Source of the DNA: Candidatus Staskawiczbacteria bacterium
GTDB lineage: Bacteria; Patescibacteriota; Minisyncoccia; Minisyncoccales; Staskawiczbacteraceae
DNA: 64,000 nucleotides
Direction of reading: 5' to 3'
NCBI GenBank assembly: GCA_903845295.1
Contig: CAIMWV010000035.1
Coordinates: 924-64,923 of the forward strand
The position numbers were made by a program, and so were the translations under genes. Positions 38,359-48,551 of this stretch are shown one piece after another. The stretch's first letter is position 1. Every line of letters begins with the position of its first letter. The notes beneath the pieces are model-generated. The model was not told where the DNA came from, did no database searches, and saw nothing but the letters and a program-made list of their open reading frames with translations.

Positions 38359-39739
38359 TACGCTTTCCGGCAAAAAAGACTTATTCAAACCCATCAAGGG
38401 CAAGAAAGTTAACCTTTTTGTCTGCGGACCCACCGTCTATGATTATTCCCATTTGGGACACGCCAGAAATTATATTATTTTTGATTCATTCGTAAAATAT
38501 CTGAGGCACATCGGCTTTAATGTTTTTTATTTGCAGAATATAACCGATTTAGATGACAAAATTATAGCCCGCGCAAGGGAAAAGGATGTTTCGCCTAAAG
38601 ATCTGGCAGTGGCCTTTGAAAAAGAGTATTTGAAGGATATGAAGCTTCTGGGAGTAGACAGCGTTTCAAAATATGCCGAGGCTACGAGCTATATAAAAGA
38701 AATAATCAGCCAGGTGCAAAGACTCCAGGATAAAGGTTATGCCTATAAAATTGAAGGCGACGGAATCTATTACAATATTGCTAAATTTAAAAACTACGGC
38801 AAACTCGCCGGCAGGACAGCCCTTGAAGCAGAGGATGCTGTTACCAGGATAGACTACAGTAAAGACAAAAAAAACAGAGGCGATTTTTGCCTGTGGAAAT
38901 TCACTGAAGAATCAGGACTGTCTTGGCCCGCTCCTTTCGGCAAAGGGAGACCAGGCTGGCACATAGAAGATACCGCAATTACAGAAAAGTTTTTTGGGCC
39001 GCAATATGACATACACGGAGCGGCCAGAGATTTGATATTCCCCCACCATGAGGCGGAAATAGCGCAAATGGAAGCTGTCTCAGGCAAATCGCCACTGGTA
39101 AAATACTGGATGCATGTAGGATTTTTAACTGTCAGCGGCCAAAAAATGTCCAAATCCCTGGGAAATTTTATTACGATAAGCGATTTATTGAAAAGATGCC
39201 CGGCCAACTATTTAAGGTTTTTTGTTGTTAAAAATTTATGGCGCGCGCCGATCGACTATTCTGAGTCCCTGATGATAGAAGTGAAATCGGCAGTTGAGAA
39301 AATTGAAGAATTTTTAAGAAAGATAAAATCCGTAAAATCAGCCAAACCGTCAAAAGAAGTAACTTCAGAAATTAAAAAGTTAAAGGAAAACTTCTATAAA
39401 GAATTAGACGATGATTTCAACACTCCAAGGGCATTCGCCGTAATGTTTGAATTTATCAACAAGACAAATGCACATTTAGACAAGGATCTGATCTCAAAAA
39501 AACAAGCCGGCGATATTTACAAATTTTTCCGGGAGATTGATAAAATTTTCGGAATTATTAATTTCGAAAAAGTAAATAAAGCCATCCCTGCTGAAATAAA
39601 AAAACTGGTCAAAGAAAGAGAACTTCACCGAAAAAACAAGGAATGGCAAAAAGCCGACCAAACACGATTACAGATTGAAAAGCAAGGATTTACCGTAGAA
39701 GACACAAAAGACGGCCCCGCCATTAAATCTATTGCATAA
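38336..39739 (+). CDS. cysS: Cysteine--tRNA ligase
   Basis: HIGH motif (HLGHARN), KMSKS, zinc-binding Cys, class I Rossmann fold order. Confidence 0.95.
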   Translation: MSNLKIYNTLSGKKDLFKPIKGKKVNLFVCGPTVYDYSHLGHARNYIIFDSFVKYLRHIGFNVFYLQNITDLDDKIIARAREKDVSPKDLAVAFEKEYLKDMKLLGVDSVSKYAEATSYIKEIISQVQRLQDKGYAYKIEGDGIYYNIAKFKNYGKLAGRTALEAEDAVTRIDYSKDKKNRGDFCLWKFTEESGLSWPAPFGKGRPGWHIEDTAITEKFFGPQYDIHGAARDLIFPHHEAEIAQMEAVSGKSPLVKYWMHVGFLTVSGQKMSKSLGNFITISDLLKRCPANYLRFFVVKNLWRAPIDYSESLMIEVKSAVEKIEEFLRKIKSVKSAKPSKEVTSEIKKLKENFYKELDDDFNTPRAFAVMFEFINKTNAHLDKDLISKKQAGDIYKFFREIDKIFGIINFEKVNKAIPAEIKKLVKERELHRKNKEWQKADQTRLQIEKQGFTVEDTKDGPAIKSIA

Positions 39740-39784
39740 TTTACTTGCTTTTGCTATGCAAGATGTATAAGATATAGTATTATC

Positions 39785-41146
39785 ATGGCTAAAGAATTAA
39801 CGGAAAAACTTCCTCCGCAGAATAATGAAGCAGAAGAATGCCTGCTGGGGTGCTTGATGTTGGACAAAGACGCAATTGTCAAAGTAATCGATTTTATAAA
39901 AGCCGAGGATTTTTATAAAGGCATCCACCAGGATATTTACCAGGCAATGGCTGACCTTTATGAAAGGTCAAACCCAATCGACATACTTTCGGTTTCAGCC
40001 AGATTGAAAGAAAGAAATAAATTAGAAAGCATCGGAGGGTCGGCATATTTAACCTCTTTAATAAATACAGTTCCAACCGCAACCCATGTTTCCAATTACG
40101 CAAAAATTGTAAGAGAAAAAAAGATTTTAAGGGACTTGATTTCAGCTTCACAGGAAATCGGCTTGTCTGCTTTTGATGAATCAGAAGAAGTTGATGTTTT
40201 ATTGGACAAGGCCGAAAAAACTGTTTTTGGAATCGGACAAAGATCATTAACCCAGACCTTTTTGCCGATAAAAGATATACTCTCGGACACTTTTGAAAGA
40301 TTAGACGATCTTTCTAAAAATCAGGGGAAAATGCGCGGAGTTGCCACCGGCTTTACTGACTTAGATAAAATTTTAGGAGGCCTCCAGAAATCTGATTTAG
40401 TAATTTTGGCAGCCAGGCCTTCAATGGGAAAAACTTCACTGGCTTTAGATATTGCCAGAAATGTGGCAGTTCTTAAAAACGAACCAGTCGGACTTTTCAG
40501 CCTTGAAATGTCTAAAGACCAGCTGGCTGACAGACTTTTGGCCTCTACGGCAAACATTAATTTATGGAATTTAAGAAACGGCCGGCTTACGTCAGACGAT
40601 TATTCAAGACTACAACACGCAATGGGAAGCTTATCTGAGGCGCCTTTGTATATTGACGACGCAGGATCCGTAAATATTCTGCAAATAAGAGCTATGGCAC
40701 GCAGATTGCAGGCGAATAAAGGTTTGTCATTGATTGTTATAGATTATCTGCAATTAATGGAGCCAATGAATAGATTTCAGTCAGCCGTGCAACAGGTAAC
40801 AGAAAACTCCAGGGCCTTAAAAATGCTGGCTAAAGAATTAAATGTGCCGGTTCTTGTGCTTAGCCAGCTATCCCGCGCAGTTGAGGCTCGTGTTCCGCAA
40901 ATCCCAAGATTAGCTGATTTGAGAGAATCAGGAGCTATTGAACAGGACGCTGACGTTGTACTAATGATTTACAGAGAAGACAAATATAACGAAAACTCAT
41001 TGAGTAAAAACATCGCGAAAGTGTTTATTGAAAAACACAGAAACGGACCGACTGGAGGCATAGAATTATATTTCGACGAACACAGAGTAAGTTTTAGAAA
41101 CTTAGATAAAAACGAATATTCGCCGGAAACCGGCGAAGTTGGATAA
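39785..41146 (+). CDS. dnaB: Replicative DNA helicase DnaB
   Basis: N-terminal helical domain (PPQNNEAEECLLGCLM) and RecA-like domain with Walker A ARPSMGKTSLAL. Confidence 0.95.
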   Translation: MAKELTEKLPPQNNEAEECLLGCLMLDKDAIVKVIDFIKAEDFYKGIHQDIYQAMADLYERSNPIDILSVSARLKERNKLESIGGSAYLTSLINTVPTATHVSNYAKIVREKKILRDLISASQEIGLSAFDESEEVDVLLDKAEKTVFGIGQRSLTQTFLPIKDILSDTFERLDDLSKNQGKMRGVATGFTDLDKILGGLQKSDLVILAARPSMGKTSLALDIARNVAVLKNEPVGLFSLEMSKDQLADRLLASTANINLWNLRNGRLTSDDYSRLQHAMGSLSEAPLYIDDAGSVNILQIRAMARRLQANKGLSLIVIDYLQLMEPMNRFQSAVQQVTENSRALKMLAKELNVPVLVLSQLSRAVEARVPQIPRLADLRESGAIEQDADVVLMIYREDKYNENSLSKNIAKVFIEKHRNGPTGGIELYFDEHRVSFRNLDKNEYSPETGEVG

Positions 41147-41171
41147 ATATTGCTAAGCGAACAGTCATAAA

Positions 41172-41795
41172 ATGGATTCAATTGATAAACTAATAAATAT
41201 TTTTAAAAAATTTCCGACGGTTGGCTCAAGGACAGCCGGCCGTTTTGTTTACTATCTGATGAAACTGCCCAAAGAAAGAATAGACGAACTTACCAGCGCG
41301 ATTATTGAATTAAAAAACAAAATAAAACTATGCCAACTTTGTTTTAATCCATTTGAGCCCTTCGACACGGCTCAGGGTAAAGGTAACGGCCTGCTATGCC
41401 CGATTTGCCAGAATCCATCAAGAAATAAAAATTTGCTTTGCATAGTTGAAAAAGAAACCGACTTGCTGTCAATTGAAAGCACTAAAAAATATAACGGGCT
41501 GTATTTTATTCTGGGCGGAACAGTGGCAACGATGAGAAAGGAAGATATGAGCCAATTAAGGATTGAAGAATTAAAAAAAAGAATCAGGGGTAATAATTTT
41601 TCAGAAATAATAGTTGCCCTAAACCCAACGCCGGAAGGAAGAACGACATCTGTTTTAGTCGAATCCACAATAAAAGAAGTAAACCCTTCGCCTGCCTTTA
41701 AGATAACTCATTTGGCAAAAGGAATTCCTGTCGGAGGTGAACTCGAATACGCTGACGAAGAGACTCTTGAATCCGCCCTCGAAGGAAGAAAATAA
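41172..41795 (+). CDS. recR: Recombination protein RecR
   Basis: HhH motif, C4 zinc finger CQLC...CPIC, Toprim domain. Confidence 0.9.
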   Translation: MDSIDKLINIFKKFPTVGSRTAGRFVYYLMKLPKERIDELTSAIIELKNKIKLCQLCFNPFEPFDTAQGKGNGLLCPICQNPSRNKNLLCIVEKETDLLSIESTKKYNGLYFILGGTVATMRKEDMSQLRIEELKKRIRGNNFSEIIVALNPTPEGRTTSVLVESTIKEVNPSPAFKITHLAKGIPVGGELEYADEETLESALEGRK

Positions 41796-41832
41796 AAAAT
41801 CACGTTTTTTACCGTATTTTTTTATTTCTTAA

Positions 41833-41845
41833 TTTGTCGCACAAT
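41833..41845. repeat. Copy e of the 13-bp palindromic motif (TTTGTCGCACAAT)
   Basis: Convergent intergenic region between recR (+) and the metallopeptidase gene (-), 11 bp after the latter's stop. Confidence 0.7.
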
Positions 41846-41850
41846 AGAAA

Positions 41851-42237
41851 TTACTTTCTTTTCTTCTTTTCTGCTTGGCGGACCCTATGCTCGTCCATGC
41901 CGAAGTGATGGGCTATTTCATGCCAGACCGTGTCTTTAACGGCTTTTTTTATATCATCTCTGCTGGAAAAAACTTTCTCAATCGGATTTTTAAAGATTGT
42001 TATTTTATCAGGCAAAACCTGGCCATACTGTTCCCTTTTTGTTTGCGGAACTCCTTCATATAATCCAAAAAGTAACGCTCCGCGGAGTTTCAATTTTTCT
42101 GTTTGGAAAGGAGTTGGATCATCTTCCACAACTATTTCCACGTTCTTTAGTTTCTCCAGGAATTTTTCATCAATAGCATCTATCCCCTCTTTTACTAATT
42201 GTTCGAATTCTTCGTGTATCATGAATTTACTATACAA
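41851..42237 (-). CDS. Zincin-like metallopeptidase family protein (HExxH; DUF1025-like)
   Basis: 128 aa with WHEIAHHFG motif near the C-terminus. Confidence 0.55.
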   Translation of the reverse strand: MYSKFMIHEEFEQLVKEGIDAIDEKFLEKLKNVEIVVEDDPTPFQTEKLKLRGALLFGLYEGVPQTKREQYGQVLPDKITIFKNPIEKVFSSRDDIKKAVKDTVWHEIAHHFGMDEHRVRQAEKKKRK

Positions 42238-42280
42238 GCAAAAAGGCGTTTTAACAACGCCCTTTTGCTTTTTATTTCAT

Positions 42281-44410
42281 CTAGTTTCCTAACTTTTGTA
42301 TTTGGGCTATTCTGGCCGAAAGCTCTTTCTCTGCTTTATAACCTCTGCGAATTTTTTTCTTATTGTCCAGCCATTTTTCAATTCCGTAAAACATTCCGGA
42401 TCTCCACATCCAAAGGCCGATTAAAGTTATCAGCAATGGCAAGAAGAATGAATCCACCCAGAAGTTATTGGTTAAACCGGTTGAAACTGTGCTGGCTCCG
42501 AGTACCGCTCCGAGTACCGTTGATCTTGTGACAAAAACTGTTGCGCTGGCTGTAGGAGTATATCCATATGTAGAACTTGTCACGGAAACATTATTATTTA
42601 CGGTAGTGGTTCCGTATGAAAAGTTTTGAGCTGAAGCTACCTGCGCCTGATATGTTATTGTCACTGTCTGGCCGGCATATATTGTATTCAAGCTTATGCC
42701 TGATGTGATGCTTCCTGAATAATTGTAATTATTGTTATTGCAATTGCTGTTATTGCCCGTGCAAGCGACAATCAGCTGATTATTGTAGATAAGGTCTGAC
42801 GGAAGCGTATCCCTGACGAACACATTTTGTACGTCCTGGTTTCCGGTTGCCCGCAAAGTTATCATAAACATCAGCATATCTGAAGGACTGGCGTAGGTTG
42901 AAGTTGAAAATCCTGAACCGGTAGTAAGATTTTTGACTGTTTTAGCCACAGTCAAAGGGTCTGTGATATTACTATTCTGGCACGCATTGTTGTAGCATCC
43001 GTTTGCACAGTATTGGATAAGATTCTGTTGGTTTCCGCATGAATCATACCAGTAGAGACTGTTGCCTGAACACCTCTGTTGGTAGTTTGAAGTACAGTTG
43101 TTGTTTATACAAGCGCCGTTTGAGCATCCGTTTGCACAGTACTGGATTAGATTACCTTGGTTTCCGCATGAGTCATACCAATAAAGGCTATTGCCTGAAC
43201 ATCTCTGTTGGGCATTCGGGGTGCAGTTGTTATTTAAACAAGCGCCGTTTGAACATCCGTTTGCACAGTATTGGATAAAGTTTCCCTGATTGCCGCATGA
43301 GTCATACCAATAAAGGTTGCTACCGAAGCATCTTTGCTGGTAGTTTGGAGTGCAATTATTTGTACAGCTGCCATTAGTACATACCTGATTTCCGGTACAG
43401 GTTGTTTGCAATTGAGATGTTGTTGAGTTTGAACAAAAACTAGATACTGTTCCGGGATAATGACAGGTATAATTAATATAATTCTGATAAACACTGTTTC
43501 CCTGGCAAAATAACCCGCCTACAAGTCCATTGGTTCCGCACTGAGAATCAGAGCTGCATATAATATTACCATTGTTTACGCAAGCGCCGTTTTGGCAAGT
43601 TTGGTTTCCGTTACAGGTTGTTTGCAATTGAGATGTCGTTGAATTTGAACAAAAGCTGGATACTGTTCCGGGATTATTACAGGTATAAGTGATATAATTT
43701 TGATAAACACTGTTTCCCTGGCAAAATAATCCGCCTACAACTCCGTTGGTTCCGCATTGAGAACTGGAACTGCATACAATATTGCCTCCTCCATTGACCG
43801 TAACTGATCTTGTGCCTGTTACGGCTTGTCCGGCAGATGATACTAAAACCGAGGCGGTATAGTTTCCTGCGCTCTGGTATGAAGTCTGGCAGGTTGAAGA
43901 ACCTGTATCAGGACAGCCTGACCAAGTGTAGGTGTAAAAACCTGAACCGCCGGTCGGAGAAGCACTGAATGTCACTGTCTGGCCGACATTAGCCGGGTTG
44001 GGAGAAACGCTTACAGTGACTCCTAAAGGGTTAGCTTGCTGTCCGTTGACTGTGACTAATCTTGTGCCTGTTACGGCTTGTCCGGCAGATGATACTAAAA
44101 CCGAAGCGGTATAGTTTCCTGCGCTCTGGTATGAAGTCTGGCAGGTTGAAGAACCTGTATCAGGACAGCCTGACCAAGTGTAGGTATATGAACCAGAACC
44201 TCCGCTTGGAGAGGCAGTGAATGTCACTGTCTGGCCGACATTGGCAGGGTTAGGAGAGACAGAAACTGTGACCCCTAGACTATCTGCTTTTACCGCTAAT
44301 GGCAAGGCTGCAGAGATTATTAAAACGCTTAAAATAAGGACAGTTGTAAAACCTCCTTTTAAAATTTTGTTTTTCATGATGCTTTTTGTCATATTATTTA
44401 AAACTAACAA
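42281..44410 (-). CDS. Large repetitive surface protein: signal peptide, 2 PKD-like repeats, 2+3 Cys-rich repeats, DUF11-like domain, C-terminal TM anchor with cytoplasmic basic tail (paralog of 18490-20043)
   Basis: Repeats GVTVSVSPNPANVGQTVTF(T/S)ASP(S/T)GGSG(S/F)YTYTWSGCPDTGSSTCQTSYQSAGNYTASVLVSSAGQAVTGTR x2 and NNCT(P/S)N(Y/A)QQRC(F/S)G(S/N)(N/S)LYWYDSCGNQ(G/Q)N(F/L)IQYCANGC x3. C-terminal GASTVSTGLTNNFWVDSFFLPLLITLIGLW. Confidence 0.6.
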   Translation of the reverse strand: MLVLNNMTKSIMKNKILKGGFTTVLILSVLIISAALPLAVKADSLGVTVSVSPNPANVGQTVTFTASPSGGSGSYTYTWSGCPDTGSSTCQTSYQSAGNYTASVLVSSAGQAVTGTRLVTVNGQQANPLGVTVSVSPNPANVGQTVTFSASPTGGSGFYTYTWSGCPDTGSSTCQTSYQSAGNYTASVLVSSAGQAVTGTRSVTVNGGGNIVCSSSSQCGTNGVVGGLFCQGNSVYQNYITYTCNNPGTVSSFCSNSTTSQLQTTCNGNQTCQNGACVNNGNIICSSDSQCGTNGLVGGLFCQGNSVYQNYINYTCHYPGTVSSFCSNSTTSQLQTTCTGNQVCTNGSCTNNCTPNYQQRCFGSNLYWYDSCGNQGNFIQYCANGCSNGACLNNNCTPNAQQRCSGNSLYWYDSCGNQGNLIQYCANGCSNGACINNNCTSNYQQRCSGNSLYWYDSCGNQQNLIQYCANGCYNNACQNSNITDPLTVAKTVKNLTTGSGFSTSTYASPSDMLMFMITLRATGNQDVQNVFVRDTLPSDLIYNNQLIVACTGNNSNCNNNNYNYSGSITSGISLNTIYAGQTVTITYQAQVASAQNFSYGTTTVNNNVSVTSSTYGYTPTASATVFVTRSTVLGAVLGASTVSTGLTNNFWVDSFFLPLLITLIGLWMWRSGMFYGIEKWLDNKKKIRRGYKAEKELSARIAQIQKLGN
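42900..43800. repeat. Tandem, near-identical coding repeats (about 240-bp PKD-like units and about 130-bp Cys-rich units) within the surface protein gene
   Basis: Visible reiteration of GCATCCGTTTGCACAGTA(C/T)TGGAT and TGTTTGCAATTGAGATGT blocks. Confidence 0.6.
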
Positions 44411-44570
44411 AATATTGCTAGTTATTTGTTAAATTTTAATGATATTCGATTATACCAAATTAAATTAAACTTGTCAATAGCTAGAGCCTTCATCCTGCTC
44501 CAGATACTATACCACGATAGATATCAAGCAATGTTTAAAAAAACGCCGCTTATTGTCAAGCAACGTAACT

Positions 44571-44594
44571 AAAAACCCGTTTTTACGGGCTTTT
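44571..44594 (-). terminator. Weak terminator (CCCGT-TTTT-ACGGG with flanking A/T tracts) after rplU
   Basis: Short 5-bp stem flanked by A5 and T4. Confidence 0.45.
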
Positions 44595-44596
44595 AA

Positions 44597-44905
44597 CTAT
44601 TTAATTCCTGTAATTTCTATTTCTGTATATGGCTGTCTATGGCCGATCTTCCTGCTTTCCCTTTTTTTAGGCTTATATTTGTAGATGATTATTTTATCTC
44701 CTTTTCCATGGCTCAAAACTTTCGCTTCAACTTTTGCATCCTTTACTAAGGGGTTTCCAATCTCAATTTTCCTATTTTTTTCAACCAACAAAACATCTGA
44801 AAAAGAAAATTCTTCCCCTTCTTTTTTATCTAATTTTTCCACCTTTATTTTGTCTCCCGGCTGGACAAGATATTGCTTGCCGCCTGTTTTTATTACTGCA
44901 ATCAT
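44597..44905 (-). CDS. rplU: 50S ribosomal protein L21
   Basis: MIAVIKTGGKQYLVQPGDKIKVEKL...KIIIYKYKPKKRESRKIGHRQPYTEIEI. Confidence 0.9.
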   Translation of the reverse strand: MIAVIKTGGKQYLVQPGDKIKVEKLDKKEGEEFSFSDVLLVEKNRKIEIGNPLVKDAKVEAKVLSHGKGDKIIIYKYKPKKRESRKIGHRQPYTEIEITGIK

Positions 44906-44949
44906 TTTAGTTTAAATTTTAATATAATAATATCCTATCAAAAAAATGC

Positions 44950-46008
44950 CTAATCGTCAAGCGTCGGACGGTTAACGTCGTCTATTTCTATGTTTGCTTC
45001 GCCCGATGTAAGCCTGGCCACGTCTTTATCAATTTTTTCAAATTCGCCGCCGGCACTATTATATGAACCAACTGTATTGCTGAGATGGACCCCCAATTTT
45101 TTCATGTAATCTGCATGGCTTAATACGTGGCGTTTTAGCATTGCAACCCTTTTTATGATCTCTTTTGTTGATTCTTCAATTTTAAGGGAATTCAATCCTT
45201 GGAGGATGGTTTGCAAATAAGCTAAAAAGGTTGTCGGCGAAACAATCACAACGTGTTTTTCTTTAAATGCATACTGGACTAAATCCTGCGTATTAACCTT
45301 TACGGCCCCAACCTCATTTATCAGCAAATCATAGTATATCGCCTCATGAGGGATAAACATTAAAGCAAAATCCATAGTTCCCATTGACGGTTTCACATAT
45401 TTTGCCGTTTCGTCAATTCTCATTTTTAAATCTGCCTTAAAAATTTTCTCTAATTTTTCTTTTTCGGCAGGATTTTTTTCCTCCACTATCCTATTGTAAT
45501 TTTCCAAGCTGAATTTTGAATCAACAGGAATAATCCTATCTTTTATAAAAACAGCCGCGTCAACGATCAAGTCTTTGCCTGTTTTGTCATCCACGCCAAG
45601 CGCATACTGCATTTTGTAAGTACCTGGCGGTAAAACATTCTTTAAAAGGGTTTCCAAATAATATTCTCCCAAAATTCCCCTTTGTTTCGGGTTCTTTAAA
45701 ATATCTTGTAAATTTTGGAGCTGGCCGGCAAACCCTACCACTTGCCGATTTGTTTCATCAAGTTTCGTAAGTCTCTCCATAACATCCCCTATAATCTTTG
45801 TAGATTGGCTGAACTGAAATTGCACACTCTTGCTCGATTCGGACAGCTTGGAGTCTAAAACCTGGGAAATTTGATTTAACTGCTGCTGCAACATGAGCAA
45901 AGATCCTTCTTCTTTCTTCTCTACCTCCGGCTTATTTTTAAGCAATAAAAAAATAGCGACCACCACCCCAGCTGTAATTATAAATAATAAAATAGTCGAT
46001 ATATCCAT
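44950..46008 (-). CDS. rmuC: DNA recombination protein RmuC
   Basis: N-terminal TM helix, coiled coils, conserved C-terminal RmuC region (DFALMFIPHEAIYYDL...VVIVSPTTFLAYL). Confidence 0.8.
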   Translation of the reverse strand: MDISTILLFIITAGVVVAIFLLLKNKPEVEKKEEGSLLMLQQQLNQISQVLDSKLSESSKSVQFQFSQSTKIIGDVMERLTKLDETNRQVVGFAGQLQNLQDILKNPKQRGILGEYYLETLLKNVLPPGTYKMQYALGVDDKTGKDLIVDAAVFIKDRIIPVDSKFSLENYNRIVEEKNPAEKEKLEKIFKADLKMRIDETAKYVKPSMGTMDFALMFIPHEAIYYDLLINEVGAVKVNTQDLVQYAFKEKHVVIVSPTTFLAYLQTILQGLNSLKIEESTKEIIKRVAMLKRHVLSHADYMKKLGVHLSNTVGSYNSAGGEFEKIDKDVARLTSGEANIEIDDVNRPTLDD

Positions 46009-46012
46009 GTTT

Positions 46013-48541
46013 CTAAGATACCACAGAATCGCTTGGTTTCCAATAATGGAAATAAATAAGCTTTGTAGTTTCGCTTAATACAGAATAAGCTATCAATAAT
46101 CCAAAAACTATCAATAAAGGTATAAATGGAGGTGTAACAAAGTGGAATATTCTCTGGCCAATAGTGAAAAATGGTAGAAGTGTTATAAAAACCCCATCTA
46201 TCACCGAAAGCATCACTAGAGCCGCACCTGGTTTTTTTGCTTTCCAAAATTTGCGCCTTGTTCTAATTATAAATATTAAAATTAGTTCAGACAAAATACT
46301 CTCGATGAACCATAAGGTCTGTATATTTGCTGGTGACTGTTTGTAAAAAATTGCAAAGAAAATAAAATCGAAAATAGTACTGATCAAAGCTAAAATCATT
46401 ATTAAGGGTAAAACAGAACTTAGCTGATACATTTTTGGTTTTTTCAACTCTTCTATGTCAACCGAATCTGTAGCAACGGATATTAACGGGAAATCTGATA
46501 GAAGATTTCCTAACAAAATCTGGACTGGTAGCATTGGCAGATAATTTATGAATAAAGATATTACTGCTACAGAATAAAAATTACCGAAATTACTGGCCAA
46601 CATACATTTTATATATTTATTAATATTGGAATAGATTTGTCTGCCAAATCTAATACCATCTATGATAACCTTTAAATCTTTTTTTAATAACACAACGTCT
46701 GAAACTTCTCTTGAAACATCAGAAGCAGATTGAACAACGATTGCCACATTAGCAATTTTTAATGCCGGTGCATCGTTAATCCCTTCACCCAAAAATCCGA
46801 CATCATATTTTTTCTGAAGAGATTTTACTATTTTATATTTTAATTGCGGAGATATTCTTGCAAAAACCTGTTTTTCGTTGCAGGTATCATCGAATTCTTC
46901 TGTTGTCATTTTTTGCAAGTCATCTGCTGATACAACATCCGTTGGTTTGCTGATTAACTTTATTTTGTGAGCAACGTAACCCGCCACCTCTTTTGAATCT
47001 CCAGTGATAACCTTTACCTTTACTCCCAATTGTTTGGCAAGTTTTATCGCTTCTTCGGTGCTCTTTTTCAGCGGATCCTCAAAAACAAAATACCCCAAGA
47101 AGCTCAGGCTCTTTTCATCTTCTGCAGTAACTTTATCTTTTGATATTTTTTTAAAAGCAACTGCTAAAACTCTTCTGCCCTCTTCACCCTCTCTTTGCGC
47201 GTCTTCTTTAATTTCTTTTTTTGATGATCTGTCGCTTAATTTTGTACACAAATCCAAAAGAATTTCCGGCGCGCCCTTTACTATCAAAAACCTGTTCCCT
47301 TTTTTATCTTTTATTACAAAACTAGATCTCATTCTATAAGAATCAAATGGAAGCTCGTAAAGCATTTCATATTTTTTATATTCATGCCAAAAATCCTCAG
47401 GAGATTTTTCAAAAAGCGCCAAGTCAAAAGGATTCAAAATTGACTCTTTGTGGTCATTTACATCGGAACTTAAAATCCCATACAATAAGCACTTCCTTCT
47501 ATCCGATGAAACAATTTTTTCTAAAGAAAGCTTATTTTCCGTTAAGGTCCCTGTTTTATCTGTGCACAACACCTCGATGTTTCCTAAATCTTCAACGGCA
47601 GTAAGCCGTCTTACAACAACATGTTGTTTCGCCATTTCCAGGCTTCCTTTTGATAAAGAAAGAGTAACAACTGCAGGCAGCGCCTCTGGCAGAATGCTTA
47701 TGATTAATGCGACCGAAAAAAGAAGCAGCTCAAAAAAATCGCTCAAACCTTTTATTAAAAGGTTTGCAGCAAATAAAAGTATTATGGTCACTAAAACTAT
47801 TTTTAGTACAAGCTTACAAAAATAAATTATATCTCTTTCATAAGCGGATTCTCTTGATCCAAAAGAAACCATTTGGGCAATTTGGCCAAATGCCGTACTT
47901 TGACCAATATCTATTACAACCGCATGAGCTTTGCCAGAAATAACGCACGTACCAGAAAAAAGTATATTTTTGGCTTTAAAAATTTCGTCCGTGCTTTGTT
48001 TTAATGCTTCAGAAATTTTAGCCACGGGGACAGACTCTCCTGTCAAAGATGATTCGTCTATTAAAAAGTTCTCTAAACTTATTACACGTAAATCAGCTGG
48101 CACCCTGTCGCCGGATTCCAATAAAACTACGTCCCCTGGTACGAGGTCTTTTTTATCTATTATTTGTTCCCTACCCTGTCTTAAAACCTTCACGTTTTGC
48201 GGTACAAATTTCCTTAAAAAATAAATGGCCCTTTCCGCTTTATACTCCTGAAAAAAACCAATCATGATATTTAAAATAACCACGATAACTATAACAAAAA
48301 AATCTGTTTTCTCACCTACAAAAAATGAGATTAAGGCGGCCCCAAAAAGCAGATAAGTAAAGGGTGATTTTAATTGCCGTACAAAAACTTCCCAAGTATT
48401 GATGTTTTTTGATTTTATCTCGTTTAAACCATATTTTTTCTGAGCCAAAACAACTTCTTTTTTTGAAAGCCCCTCTTCATGCGCCCCAAGCGATTCCATT
48501 GAATCCTCGATGCTTTTTGATGTATATTCAGAAAAAATCAT
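46013..48541 (-). CDS. Cation-transporting P-type ATPase (type II, Ca2+/Mg2+-like)
   Basis: DKTGTLT phosphorylation motif, TGES, GDGINDAPALK, 10 TM topology. Confidence 0.9.
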   Translation of the reverse strand: MIFSEYTSKSIEDSMESLGAHEEGLSKKEVVLAQKKYGLNEIKSKNINTWEVFVRQLKSPFTYLLFGAALISFFVGEKTDFFVIVIVVILNIMIGFFQEYKAERAIYFLRKFVPQNVKVLRQGREQIIDKKDLVPGDVVLLESGDRVPADLRVISLENFLIDESSLTGESVPVAKISEALKQSTDEIFKAKNILFSGTCVISGKAHAVVIDIGQSTAFGQIAQMVSFGSRESAYERDIIYFCKLVLKIVLVTIILLFAANLLIKGLSDFFELLLFSVALIISILPEALPAVVTLSLSKGSLEMAKQHVVVRRLTAVEDLGNIEVLCTDKTGTLTENKLSLEKIVSSDRRKCLLYGILSSDVNDHKESILNPFDLALFEKSPEDFWHEYKKYEMLYELPFDSYRMRSSFVIKDKKGNRFLIVKGAPEILLDLCTKLSDRSSKKEIKEDAQREGEEGRRVLAVAFKKISKDKVTAEDEKSLSFLGYFVFEDPLKKSTEEAIKLAKQLGVKVKVITGDSKEVAGYVAHKIKLISKPTDVVSADDLQKMTTEEFDDTCNEKQVFARISPQLKYKIVKSLQKKYDVGFLGEGINDAPALKIANVAIVVQSASDVSREVSDVVLLKKDLKVIIDGIRFGRQIYSNINKYIKCMLASNFGNFYSVAVISLFINYLPMLPVQILLGNLLSDFPLISVATDSVDIEELKKPKMYQLSSVLPLIMILALISTIFDFIFFAIFYKQSPANIQTLWFIESILSELILIFIIRTRRKFWKAKKPGAALVMLSVIDGVFITLLPFFTIGQRIFHFVTPPFIPLLIVFGLLIAYSVLSETTKLIYFHYWKPSDSVVS

Positions 48542-48551
48542 TGATAAATAT

